From a virus (taxonomy: Duplodnaviria; Caudoviricetes), in the IMG/VR virus record IMGVR_UViG_3300023174_003901, positions 136,247-200,246 of that record: a stretch of 64,000 nt of DNA; one strand, given 5' to 3'. The position numbers were made by a program, and so were the translations under genes. Of the stretch, positions 34,812-43,695 are shown piece after piece. Below the pieces are notes generated by a model. It did not search any database. It was not told where the DNA came from and saw nothing but the letters and a program-made list of their open reading frames with translations. The number at the start of each line of letters is the position of its first letter. The stretch's first letter is position 1.

Positions 34812-35726
34812 TTAGGCCTTTTTGGGCAATGCTTTGTAGTTGGATTTCTTGTCAGCGCGATTAAACTCTCGTGCTACTGATTGTTTGATGCCTACTTTGC
34901 GAGCAAACTCGGGATTGTGCGCAGCCGCTGCCATTGTGCGGAACTGTGCTTGGCTTGTGGACTTTTCATTCAAGTCGCCTTCGTGTACTCCGGTATCTGC
35001 CATAGCATGGCCCACAGCATGGCCGTGTGCTCCTCCGGCCACAGCACCCTGTGCCACGTGTCCTGCCGCTTGGCCAGCACGTTTTTGCCAATTAGGGTCA
35101 GGAGTAAAAGACTTTTTAATATTGTCCCATACACCTTCTGTTAAATCTTCTGCGGCCCATGAGACGTAACTATCGCCATTGATGTCACCAGCACGTATCA
35201 CAAACACGCCACCGTTGTCGTAGCCGCCTTCGTCTTCGCCAATTTCCCAGCCCATTTTTGCCAGTGCGGCTTCAATTTGCATTTGTGTTGCTTCGTCTCC
35301 GGCCCACCACATTCTAGCGTAGTTATGTAAGGCATCGTCTTCACCGCCACTGTCACCATCATCGGCTGCAAATTCATTTAGGCCTTCGCTCAAGTCCTCA
35401 TCTGAAAAGGCCATAAAATCATATGGTCCCCACTTTTGTCCTGTGCGACTGTCTATAGTGTCATCGTGATCACCATATTCATAGTAGTCATCACTGTAGA
35501 TTTCCACACCGTCAAAGTCACCATTGTAATCAATATGCAGTTTACGTGTTTTACCATCAGGACAAACAATGCCGCGATTTAGTAAACGTTCAACATCTTG
35601 TTGACTCTTGATACCTTTTTGCAGACTACCTGTGTCAAAGGTACCATTGTACCAGGCCGAGGCCAGGGCTTGGAAGTAGTTGCCTGAATCTCCGCCACCT
35701 GAGGGTGCAAATTCTCTCAGTCTCAT
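34812..35726 (-). CDS. modular acidic polyprotein with a basic C-terminal mini-domain
   Basis: MRLRE-FAP; LSE, LNE-FAA, LTE, VHE and LNE linkers. Confidence 0.6.
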   Translation of the reverse strand: MRLREFAPSGGGDSGNYFQALASAWYNGTFDTGSLQKGIKSQQDVERLLNRGIVCPDGKTRKLHIDYNGDFDGVEIYSDDYYEYGDHDDTIDSRTGQKWGPYDFMAFSDEDLSEGLNEFAADDGDSGGEDDALHNYARMWWAGDEATQMQIEAALAKMGWEIGEDEGGYDNGGVFVIRAGDINGDSYVSWAAEDLTEGVWDNIKKSFTPDPNWQKRAGQAAGHVAQGAVAGGAHGHAVGHAMADTGVHEGDLNEKSTSQAQFRTMAAAAHNPEFARKVGIKQSVAREFNRADKKSNYKALPKKA

Positions 35727-36307
35727 AGGATACCTGCGGCGGATTGTATCGTGCGAATAGCATCATCTCGATCGTAAGTGGCCTTCACAGGCAAACCTGC
35801 GGCCGTGCGCCATTCGTTGAGATCGCGCTCTGTGCGCTCGCGATACTCTCTTGGACTGAGTGGCACCAAGCGAGCAAATTCTTCAGTACTCCAAGGGTGT
35901 GTCTTTTCCTTGTAGACCATGGTCCAGTCTTCAGGTTCAAACTCTGTTAGTGTAGCCAGGTCTTCCAAGAGTTCGTTGATCTGCTCAGGAGCGGCTCTGC
36001 GACGTCGCATTTCCACGTAAACCAGATATCTATTGGGTTTGATTTCGCCAGGGCTTTGATCAGCGTCCAGCACAAAGTCATAGCCTTTTTCAAACCAATT
36101 CATCAGGTCCTTGGCAGCGGCTTTGTCACGGGCAAAGAAACTCACAACAATGATGTCATCATCGTCACCCATTTTGGATGAGAATTCATCAATGTGAATA
36201 GTGGGCTTGAGTATGCCCTCAAGGTCTTTGTAGCCAAGACCTTCAAGAAGCGACTGGCGGTGCGGCTGCAATTGGTGCTCCTGGTTGTTGTAGTGATTGT
36301 TGTGCAT
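35723..36307 (-). CDS. conserved-type hypothetical phage protein
   Basis: LLEGLGYKDL...IDEFSSKMG; start uncertain (overlaps the upstream gene). Confidence 0.6.
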   Translation of the reverse strand: MHNNHYNNQEHQLQPHRQSLLEGLGYKDLEGILKPTIHIDEFSSKMGDDDDIIVVSFFARDKAAAKDLMNWFEKGYDFVLDADQSPGEIKPNRYLVYVEMRRRRAAPEQINELLEDLATLTEFEPEDWTMVYKEKTHPWSTEEFARLVPLSPREYRERTERDLNEWRTAAGLPVKATYDRDDAIRTIQSAAGIL

Positions 36308-36851
36308 TTTCTGCGCTCTGGTCATTTTGATATTGTTCTCCATCAAGATCTTCTTGATAGGCTGAATCCAAATCTTCTAGATCAATTTCCTCGTCTTCCA
36401 ACTCAATTGATCCTGTGCGGATGTCTGAAATCAAGGCCTTGGGCATGACAATTTCCACCAGCCATACATGTTTGTCCACCAAGCGAGCGGTGTGCGTACC
36501 AGCCATGTAGTCTGCAGGTTGCTCCACTTTGATGGGTATTTTGATAGTGGTTTTTTTGAACTTGACATCGCAATCAAACGGCAGCAGTCGACGTGCGCCA
36601 CGTGGATCAGGCATGAGTTTTTCCGGCCACATAAAGATACAGCCCACTTTGTACTTGCCAATGTCGGGACCTTGTACCAGTTCACCGCGGTCCCAGTTTT
36701 TGAATGCATACAAGTCCATTTCGTCCAGCACACGCTCAAAATCCAGGAGAGTAAGCAAACTGCCTTCTGATAGATAGATATCGCGGATGTTGTCAGCCAC
36801 CATCCAGTAATCCTGATGATCTTTAAAAATTGCTTCGTCTTTGAGTGCCAT
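36243..36851 (-). CDS. conserved-type hypothetical phage protein
   Basis: Start revised to 36851; LLDFERVLDEMDLYAFKNW; acidic tail. Confidence 0.65.
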   Translation of the reverse strand: MALKDEAIFKDHQDYWMVADNIRDIYLSEGSLLTLLDFERVLDEMDLYAFKNWDRGELVQGPDIGKYKVGCIFMWPEKLMPDPRGARRLLPFDCDVKFKKTTIKIPIKVEQPADYMAGTHTARLVDKHVWLVEIVMPKALISDIRTGSIELEDEEIDLEDLDSAYQEDLDGEQYQNDQSAENAQQSLQQPGAPIAAAPPVAS

Positions 36852-36856
36852 GCAGA

Positions 36857-36862
36857 TATTTA
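36857..36862 (-). promoter_or_regulatory. late-promoter-like TAAATA
   Basis: 5 nt before ATG 36851. Confidence 0.6.
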
Positions 36863-36967
36863 TGGCAAACATCAATTCCGGGTTTGTTTAAATTTGCTCC
36901 GGACAGTGGAATACTTATGCTAGAAATATCTGAAATACATGGTCAGAAAACTCCGGGCTAACTCACC

Positions 36968-36973
36968 TAAATA
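36968..36973 (+). promoter_or_regulatory. late-promoter-like TAAATA for phoH
   Basis: Upstream of AAGGAG SD and TTG 37015. Confidence 0.5.
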
Positions 36974-37014
36974 TTCACACAGCCAGACCGGCTGTTTCAA
37001 AAGGAGAATCGCAC

Positions 37015-37749
37015 TTGAGTAGAAACAGAGGCGCTAAGGCGCAACAACGTATGCAAACAAACATTGAAAACACAATTCCGTTTAACACACAACCAAAGGC
37101 ACGACAACGACCCATAGAACTAATACCCAAAACACGAAACCAAGAGCATCTCATACTAAATCTACTCGACGCAGACCAACACATCATTGTAACAGCAGGG
37201 CCAGCAGGAACTGGTAAAACCTATCTAGCCATGCTGGCAGCGGTCAAAGCCTTCAGAAGCGGCGAAGCCAAGCGTATCGTTCTAACTCGTCCCGCCATCG
37301 GCGTGGAGGATGAACAACATGGCTTCTTACCCGGCAATCTAGTGGCCAAAATGGAACCCTGGACAAGACCCTTGCTTGATGTACTGCGTGAGTATTACCG
37401 GCCCGCTGAGATCACTGCCATGATCGAAGAAGGCAACATTGAAATTTCACCCTTGGCCTACATGCGTGGACGCACGTTCAAGCATGCCTGGATCATTGCA
37501 GATGAAATGCAAAACGCTACTCCCGCACAAATGAAAATGCTCCTGAGCCGCATCGGCACCGGCAGCAAGATTGTGGTAACTGGAGATGTGGAACAAGCAG
37601 ATCGCAAAGAGCACAACAATGGACTGTTGGATCTGTGTATCAAATTAGAGGCACGGCCCGTGGCAGGTATGGCTGTGTGCAGACTGACCGGAAAAGATAT
37701 CCAGCGTCACCCTATAATTGGCTCAGTGCTGAGATTGTACGAAGATTAG
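37015..37749 (+). CDS. phoH: PhoH-like ATPase
   Basis: GPAGTGKT; RIVLTRPA; GFLPG; LAYMRGRTF; DEMQN; VTGD..Q.D. Confidence 0.93.
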   Translation: MSRNRGAKAQQRMQTNIENTIPFNTQPKARQRPIELIPKTRNQEHLILNLLDADQHIIVTAGPAGTGKTYLAMLAAVKAFRSGEAKRIVLTRPAIGVEDEQHGFLPGNLVAKMEPWTRPLLDVLREYYRPAEITAMIEEGNIEISPLAYMRGRTFKHAWIIADEMQNATPAQMKMLLSRIGTGSKIVVTGDVEQADRKEHNNGLLDLCIKLEARPVAGMAVCRLTGKDIQRHPIIGSVLRLYED

Positions 37750-38360
37750 GAGGTGACGATTTCGTAAATTTCTCGCCAGTTTTTGACTACCGGAATTTGT
37801 TCGTTGACATGATTCATATTATGCCCATGCTCCATCAGGATGCTACGTAAACCTAAATCTAGTCCAACTTCAGCATTTTCCGGTTTGTCTTCAATCCAGT
37901 GACAACCAGAATTCTGATACTCACTCAATGCATCATTCTTGTCTGCACCGGTGTCCAAACACACAATGCGTTCAAATGCAGTTTTTCCAAATAACTTACG
38001 TAGATTCATTTCTCTCAGTTTGCCGGCGTTGGCATCAAGACTTAGACTGGTAATACAGTGAAATACGTAACCGTGTTCTTCGTGCAAGCGTTTGACATAA
38101 TACATGGCATCACGTAATGGAGGCAAAAAACCAATGGCAGCCGATTCGTTAAAAATCTTAATCAACTTGCGACCTTGTTCATGGTCAATTCCGTAGCGTT
38201 GTCCTATATCATACATGAACTGACTGCCTTCAGTTCTCACAAAGCCATGCTCTTCCATCCAGACTGAGAAGGCATATTCCCAATCTAAGATAACGCCGTC
38301 GGCATCAACTAGGATCAACTGTTTGGGGTTGTACTTCTGGGGTTTCTTCAGGTTTGACAA
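37746..38360 (-). CDS. HAD-family phosphatase (5'-nucleotidase-like)
   Basis: LVDADGVILDW; CITS; WIED. Confidence 0.75.
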   Translation of the reverse strand: MSNLKKPQKYNPKQLILVDADGVILDWEYAFSVWMEEHGFVRTEGSQFMYDIGQRYGIDHEQGRKLIKIFNESAAIGFLPPLRDAMYYVKRLHEEHGYVFHCITSLSLDANAGKLREMNLRKLFGKTAFERIVCLDTGADKNDALSEYQNSGCHWIEDKPENAEVGLDLGLRSILMEHGHNMNHVNEQIPVVKNWREIYEIVTS

Positions 38361-38613
38361 TTTCGTATCCGTTCTCTTTTAGTAAGCGTTCAATAATGTT
38401 TTCATAATATTGATTGTAGTAGGAAACAATTCGGTCCCAATCTCTAGGAACCACTGTACCAACCATGCTACATTTTACTACAGAAAGGGTGCGAAAGTCA
38501 AGTATTACATTGCAAGTTTGAATGTCTCGCTTTTTTAGATTTCGGCTGATTGCGGTGCTTTCGTCAATTTGGCCATTGGGTTTTTTATAGTAGGTAATTA
38601 ATAGATATCTCAT
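38305..38613 (-). CDS. hypothetical protein
   Basis: 102 aa; TAAGTA 4 nt upstream. Confidence 0.6.
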   Translation of the reverse strand: MRYLLITYYKKPNGQIDESTAISRNLKKRDIQTCNVILDFRTLSVVKCSMVGTVVPRDWDRIVSYYNQYYENIIERLLKENGYEIVKPEETPEVQPQTVDPS

Positions 38614-39323
38614 GCTGTACTTAAATGCTTTTGATGGTGTTGTAAATTTTTTCTGTTACGATCAACAAGTGCGTCCAACAACACAAGATTGGGTGATATT
38701 TCCAATTGATTGCACAGTTGTTTGTATGCTGCCAGAGTCCCGGTAAAATCAACAAAAAAATCTCCATACATTATTTCTAAATCTGCGCTGGGCAAATGCT
38801 TTGATTCGGCGCTTGATGTAGTTGGAACAAGTTCACTATAGGTTAATTTTCCTTGTTTGAACAAATTCAAACAATGTTTGCGTTTTTCTTTGCCTTGGTT
38901 GCCTAGCATGAACTTAATTTCAGCAAAGTCGTTGGGCCCCAACACACGATCAAGTATTTTTCTTTTGAAATCTTCAGCAATTTGAAATTCATACCCTTCA
39001 CAGTTGATGCGTATAAATCTTGCCTGATTGATTTTTTTTAATATGTCTACATGTTCGGGCCATTTATACAAATGATAAGGAATACAGATGTGTTGAATAT
39101 TGTGTTCACTGCAGAGATTGTTAAAATTCAACAAATATTCAGTAAAGTTTATTTGCCAATCAGGCGTGATTAAACTGTGAGAATTCAACCATTTTTGCAA
39201 ATAGTTAGGATCATCCTGTGTGTTGATTTCTAACTGTTGTCCAAAATGTGCAGACAACCAACTGGCTATGAATTCCCCGCCTGCACCTTCCTGATAATCA
39301 ATTACAATTAGTTGTTTGAGCAT
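38610..39323 (-). CDS. P-loop sulfotransferase-like protein
   Basis: VIDYQEGAGGEFIASWL; PYH; EIMYGD. Confidence 0.45.
   Translation of the reverse strand: MLKQLIVIDYQEGAGGEFIASWLSAHFGQQLEINTQDDPNYLQKWLNSHSLITPDWQINFTEYLLNFNNLCSEHNIQHICIPYHLYKWPEHVDILKKINQARFIRINCEGYEFQIAEDFKRKILDRVLGPNDFAEIKFMLGNQGKEKRKHCLNLFKQGKLTYSELVPTTSSAESKHLPSADLEIMYGDFFVDFTGTLAAYKQLCNQLEISPNLVLLDALVDRNRKNLQHHQKHLSTA
38618..38623 (-). promoter_or_regulatory. late-promoter-like TAAGTA
   Basis: 4 nt before ATG 38613, inside the end of the upstream gene. Confidence 0.45.
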
Positions 39324-39873
39324 GACTTAACGATTTTATTGTTTTGGCCCAGATCTTGTGAGTGTTTGGTCCTGGGTGAGTACCTGAAACATCTTGATCA
39401 CACGATGGCATGAGATTGATAGCCTTGGATCGCGATTGTCCAGAACTGATATGCAAACAACCAGGTGCCAGGATTTTGACCTGTTGAATCAGTGCATCAA
39501 CATCTTCTTGATCTCGATCAATCCAAAAAAATACAATACGAGTTGTTGGTGTGTAGCATGTTGATTCAACAAAATTTGACAAGTTGGTCACACTGTGATG
39601 ATTCATGTAATTGCCCGACAATCCATAATTTTGACTGCGTTCAAACTGTGATGTCAATATATCCAATTCGGCAACACCAGTTCCAAACACAATGCTGTTG
39701 CCAAAAAATGCCCAATCTGCTGGCCAATTGTAGTTTTGACTATGCCGATACCCTTGATTATTAAATCGATATTCAATCAACCCAGTGGAATCTTTACCCC
39801 ATGCACGTACAGTCTGACCACGATGGTTCCATGCTGGTTGATAACAGTTGTTAATTGATTTGTCCAAGTTCAA
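39298..39873 (-). CDS. SGNH/GDSL-like protein
   Basis: YRFNNQGYR...FFGNSIVFG...NYGLSG...D..GTHPG..TH. Confidence 0.6.
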   Translation of the reverse strand: MNLDKSINNCYQPAWNHRGQTVRAWGKDSTGLIEYRFNNQGYRHSQNYNWPADWAFFGNSIVFGTGVAELDILTSQFERSQNYGLSGNYMNHHSVTNLSNFVESTCYTPTTRIVFFWIDRDQEDVDALIQQVKILAPGCLHISSGQSRSKAINLMPSCDQDVSGTHPGPNTHKIWAKTIKSLSHAQTTNCN

Positions 39874-40774
39874 TCAAGGTAGCACTCAAGTTGATCTCTT
39901 GATCAGCCACTAGAGGAATTTTAGCAATGCCATCACGAATGATCACAATGGCTTGATCCTGCTGTTCAGGGGTCTTTCCAAACAAGTCCAAGTTGTTGTA
40001 CATCCATGTGAATATTTCATTGGCTTCTTCCGGCGTGGAACTTTGACACATGAGTGTTCTTGCGTCGCGAACTCTGCCTTGTTTGAACAGGTCCACACAC
40101 TCCAGTCGCCAGTCGCCCATGCTCTTGTCCGCGGCCTTGGGTGCAATCAATTGTCCTGACTGGCTGTTGGGCTGTAACAAGTTCAGGCACTTGCGTAGAT
40201 CTGGGTACGTGGCCTTGACATAGGTGTCCAGCACATCAAGATCAAACTCCACACCTTCTGTGACCAGCACAGTTGCGGCTCTGGCAGTGAACTCTGTGTG
40301 ATCAGTTTTGGCAATGTGAAACCCTTGGCAACGTGAGTGCAAAGGTGGAATAATCTTTGATGGATAGTTGCAAGTGAGAATGAAACGAACAGTTTGGCTA
40401 TAGTCTTCCATCAAGTTGCGAAGTGCTGGTTGAACTGTGTTTACTCCTAGATAATCAGCCTCATCTACCAGCACAATTTTTAATTCACCAAACGGCATGG
40501 TCTGACAGAATGATATCAATTTGTCTACCCAGGCAATCACACGACCTTCTTTGGAACCATTGGCATACATCACATCATATTCATCCACACCCAGTTGATT
40601 GATCAGCAGTTTGGCCAAGGTTGTTTTGCCTGTGCCTGCTGGACCCGACAACAACAGATGCGGAATACTTTTATCTTGAATCCATTGCTCAACTTGTTCA
40701 CGTTGTGCATCGTCCACAAACACATAGCCATCTACAGTTTTTGGCCTATACTTTTCTACCCATAGTTCTTTCAT
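39851..40774 (-). CDS. sliding-clamp loader small subunit (RFC / T4 gp44-like)
   Basis: WVEKYRP; PHLLLSGPAGTGKTT; VDEAD; CNY; LHSRC. Confidence 0.92.
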   Translation of the reverse strand: MKELWVEKYRPKTVDGYVFVDDAQREQVEQWIQDKSIPHLLLSGPAGTGKTTLAKLLINQLGVDEYDVMYANGSKEGRVIAWVDKLISFCQTMPFGELKIVLVDEADYLGVNTVQPALRNLMEDYSQTVRFILTCNYPSKIIPPLHSRCQGFHIAKTDHTEFTARAATVLVTEGVEFDLDVLDTYVKATYPDLRKCLNLLQPNSQSGQLIAPKAADKSMGDWRLECVDLFKQGRVRDARTLMCQSSTPEEANEIFTWMYNNLDLFGKTPEQQDQAIVIIRDGIAKIPLVADQEINLSATLIELGQIN

Positions 40775-41247
40775 TGCTTCAATGCCTTTATTGTTTCTGC
40801 TGCCACTACTCTTTTACGTAAACTTGAACTGGAGAACGAATGATCTCTGCCGTTGAACACCAGTTCAATCCCGCGCATGCCACATTCCTCATAGCCAGAA
40901 AAGTTTTGGTGTTGATATTCCACACCCAGCACACGAACATCAACTGGCAGGATCAGCAACAAGTCCACAAGATCTTGTTCGGTTTGGTATACAACAACTT
41001 CATCAACGTAACGGCATGCGGCCAACTGTATCTGTCGCTCAACAATACTTTGTATAGGGCGATTTTTGGTGTCTGGCCGATCGATAGTTGGGTCCGTTTG
41101 TAACCCACAGATCAGATAGTCACAATGATTCTTGGCTTCACTCAGCATGGCAATGTGGCCTGCATGTGGGCCCATGTCAAAGGTTGAGAAAGTAATGCCA
41201 ATGCGCTTACCTTCTGATTTGAGTTGTTTGATGTGGTTGAATATCAT
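40771..41247 (-). CDS. glycerol-3-phosphate cytidylyltransferase-like protein
   Basis: GITFSTFD..HAGH...YLICGL..D...YVDEV...R.H..SSS. Confidence 0.85.
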   Translation of the reverse strand: MIFNHIKQLKSEGKRIGITFSTFDMGPHAGHIAMLSEAKNHCDYLICGLQTDPTIDRPDTKNRPIQSIVERQIQLAACRYVDEVVVYQTEQDLVDLLLILPVDVRVLGVEYQHQNFSGYEECGMRGIELVFNGRDHSFSSSSLRKRVVAAETIKALKQ

Positions 41248-41474
41248 TTTTTAAGTATGTTGACAATGCATTCTGCTTCTTGTTCGCGAAGCCATTCCTC
41301 TTCACCAGCAAAGCCTGACGTCTTTTTCAGCATCTCGTCTACAGCAAATTTTACACGATACAAGTCTTGTTTGCAAGGCCAATTGACATAACCCGTCATG
41401 TAAGGGTCGTTGGCACCACGGTACATCTTTTGGCATTCGCCAATGACGTTTTTTACATTCCAATCTATAATCAA
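41244..41474 (-). CDS. hypothetical protein
   Basis: 76 aa, ATGA-coupled. Confidence 0.6.
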   Translation of the reverse strand: MIIDWNVKNVIGECQKMYRGANDPYMTGYVNWPCKQDLYRVKFAVDEMLKKTSGFAGEEEWLREQEAECIVNILKK

Positions 41475-41872
41475 TTGTGTTGCATCCAGTCTGGCTTGGC
41501 TTCCACATGAATGGCCGTGCTAAAAGTTTCGTCTTTGGGCTCTTCGTCTGTTTGTATCAGTATGTCTTTGGGGTCAACTCGGCGTAGTGTTTGTTTGCCG
41601 TTTTCATCTTCGATATCGATACCACGTGTCCAACGACCGTGTGCAATACACACCCATTCGCCTACCCGGACATCATGTTGTTCTGGACCCACAGCATACA
41701 CCTGTCCCCAGCGTGGACGAATACCTGTGCTCTTGCCGTTGTCGTTGAGCAACACAATACCACCTGTGGTAAAGCGTTGGTCAAATGTCATTTCTCCCAC
41801 GATAACTGAGTCGTTTAAGGGACGCAGTTGATCTCGGGTGATCTGATGTGCTTGATATGCTAATTTTGTCAT
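41471..41872 (-). CDS. groES: GroES-like co-chaperonin
   Basis: LRPLNDSVIV...T.GGIVL...GQVYAVGP...VRVGEWV...KDIL. Confidence 0.85.
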   Translation of the reverse strand: MTKLAYQAHQITRDQLRPLNDSVIVGEMTFDQRFTTGGIVLLNDNGKSTGIRPRWGQVYAVGPEQHDVRVGEWVCIAHGRWTRGIDIEDENGKQTLRRVDPKDILIQTDEEPKDETFSTAIHVEAKPDWMQHN

Positions 41873-42273
41873 TCTTGATCCTTGAGTTTTTCTGCACGAG
41901 CCATGGCAGCCGCCAGACCCTGTGTGGGTGCATCGCCCTTGAGTTCTACCTTTTCCCCACGTTCCATGGCTTCACGCTTGGCCTGGCGTTGCTGGCGATC
42001 CTGTTCCAGTTGTTCTGCTTCAGTCAACTTTGGTTCTGGAGTTGGATTACGATTGCTTGTGGGTATTGGTCCTGCGTTGGCATTGGTTTGACGATTGAGA
42101 TTTCGGTTTACTTGTTGGCCACGAGTGGCCACAACATGTCCGTGATTGTCAATAATATCACCACGTGCGTTGGCTTTCATGTTGCCCACAGCACGAACAT
42201 TTTCGTTTTGTACCATCATGGCACCCAGGTCCACAATCTTGCCTTGTGCAGTTCGATAGGTTTTTTGTGTCAT
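41869..42273 (-). CDS. hypothetical protein
   Basis: AAGGAG SD; RTAQGK.VD...AVGNM..NARGD. Confidence 0.65.
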   Translation of the reverse strand: MTQKTYRTAQGKIVDLGAMMVQNENVRAVGNMKANARGDIIDNHGHVVATRGQQVNRNLNRQTNANAGPIPTSNRNPTPEPKLTEAEQLEQDRQQRQAKREAMERGEKVELKGDAPTQGLAAAMARAEKLKDQE

Positions 42274-42292
42274 TGTTTTTCTCCTTGATTTT

Positions 42293-42298
42293 TATTTA
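42293..42298 (-). promoter_or_regulatory. late-promoter-like TAAATA
   Basis: Overlaps the upstream stop; precedes the SD of the gene at 42273. Confidence 0.5.
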
Positions 42299-42823
42299 AC
42301 GCAGGAACTCTGCAGGATCTAATTCATAGTATAAACTGTCAATTCTGTGTACGCCCAACAGGTATAACACATAACTGGCCACACTAGATCCTCGACCCAC
42401 GCCCCATATCACATGATTTTGTTTCATAACGTCCACTAGATACTTCAAGTAACGCAAAAGATCAAACAGGCCACGCTCTTGATACTGTAACAGTTCTGCA
42501 CCACAGCGTTGTAGTTGTGCTTCTGTAGCACAAAGTTTCAGCACATGTTCTGCAATGTCCAACGTCCGGTATTCTTCGGGCATGTGCCATGTGCTTTGTT
42601 GCATGTGATCAAACACTGCTTGAGCATCCGGTTCTGACCAGTGTGTGAAATCAGGCACATGCTCCAACCAAAAGGCCGCGGCTTCTATGTCCACGGAATC
42701 GTCTACCAGGGTGCCGCCCACACTTTCGAGATCACGCCCTTGCATGACCAAGTTGATTAGATCTGCTTCACCTAGTACAATTTGTCCTACACTATCAGTT
42801 TTCATCGGGCCCAAACTTTGCAA
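42296..42823 (-). CDS. short DNA polymerase III alpha (DnaE)-like protein
   Basis: WGVGRGSSVASYVLYLLGVHRID..Y.L....FLR matches the DnaE GRGS region; only 175 aa. Confidence 0.7.
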   Translation of the reverse strand: MQSLGPMKTDSVGQIVLGEADLINLVMQGRDLESVGGTLVDDSVDIEAAAFWLEHVPDFTHWSEPDAQAVFDHMQQSTWHMPEEYRTLDIAEHVLKLCATEAQLQRCGAELLQYQERGLFDLLRYLKYLVDVMKQNHVIWGVGRGSSVASYVLYLLGVHRIDSLYYELDPAEFLR

Positions 42824-43409
42824 ATACCACGGTGTTGCCAGTGTTGCCAGTGTTGTCGGTGGGTTCTACATCTGACCATTCCAGTTCAAGATCCTGCCAA
42901 CTCAGTGTTCTACTGAGTTTGACCACATGTTTCTTACTAGCAGAGGATTTGAAATCGGAATGCACGGGTGTGTGATCCTGCCACCAGCCCGGTTGTGCCA
43001 TAGGGCCTGCGCTTTCACGGTCACTGTGCAGGTATCGCACATTATCCCCCAAATCACTTTGTATGGTCACACCGTTCACAAACATTCGCTCCTGCAATAT
43101 AGCATTGAGTTTGCAGTATAACGCAATACCAATGATCTGGTCAATGGGTTGTTCAGGCATGGTGGTTACTTTGATTCCGGCCGAAGTCAGTGCTTGGATC
43201 TGCGTGACATCATTTTGATGAATGTACACAGTATTGGCCATTTCGTTGTAGACAAAGTGATTGAGTCTATTCAGACTGACCACATGATCATCTGCGTTGG
43301 AAGTATTGGTTGTGATGGCCAATTCTATGTTGTAACTGTTGATCTGTAGACAGTTTTCAAACCAGATGGCGGCACGCCATTGCATGTCATATTCTAATCT
43401 TACGTTCAT
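42795..43409 (-). CDS. hypothetical protein
   Basis: 204 aa, coupled. Confidence 0.6.
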   Translation of the reverse strand: MNVRLEYDMQWRAAIWFENCLQINSYNIELAITTNTSNADDHVVSLNRLNHFVYNEMANTVYIHQNDVTQIQALTSAGIKVTTMPEQPIDQIIGIALYCKLNAILQERMFVNGVTIQSDLGDNVRYLHSDRESAGPMAQPGWWQDHTPVHSDFKSSASKKHVVKLSRTLSWQDLELEWSDVEPTDNTGNTGNTVVFAKFGPDEN

Positions 43410-43642
43410 GATATATCAATCTTGGAATTAAAAGGATCTTCCCCGTCTTTGGGTCGGTAAAGTTCGGCTGTTTTTTCTTGTTGTTTGGTTGTGTAACTGC
43501 TCAGGGCCATTCGTATTTGATCACAGAGGTAGGGATTACCAGACCGCATGGCAATGCCCAATTTTTTATGAAGTTCGGAAATTTTCGACCCCAGTTGTTC
43601 CAGGGTCAAACCATCTAGATCATTGATGAATGGATGTTCCAT
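43406..43642 (-). CDS. hypothetical helical protein
   Basis: AAGGAG SD; downstream of a sigma70 promoter. Confidence 0.65.
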   Translation of the reverse strand: MEHPFINDLDGLTLEQLGSKISELHKKLGIAMRSGNPYLCDQIRMALSSYTTKQQEKTAELYRPKDGEDPFNSKIDIS

Positions 43643-43660
43643 GTTACTCCTTGTGTGTAG

Positions 43661-43689
43661 AGTATACAGGAATTACAGTGGCCTGTCAA
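43661..43689 (-). promoter_or_regulatory. sigma70-type promoter
   Basis: TTGACA-N17-TATACT with extended TG. Confidence 0.75.
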
Positions 43690-43695
43690 TACCTG

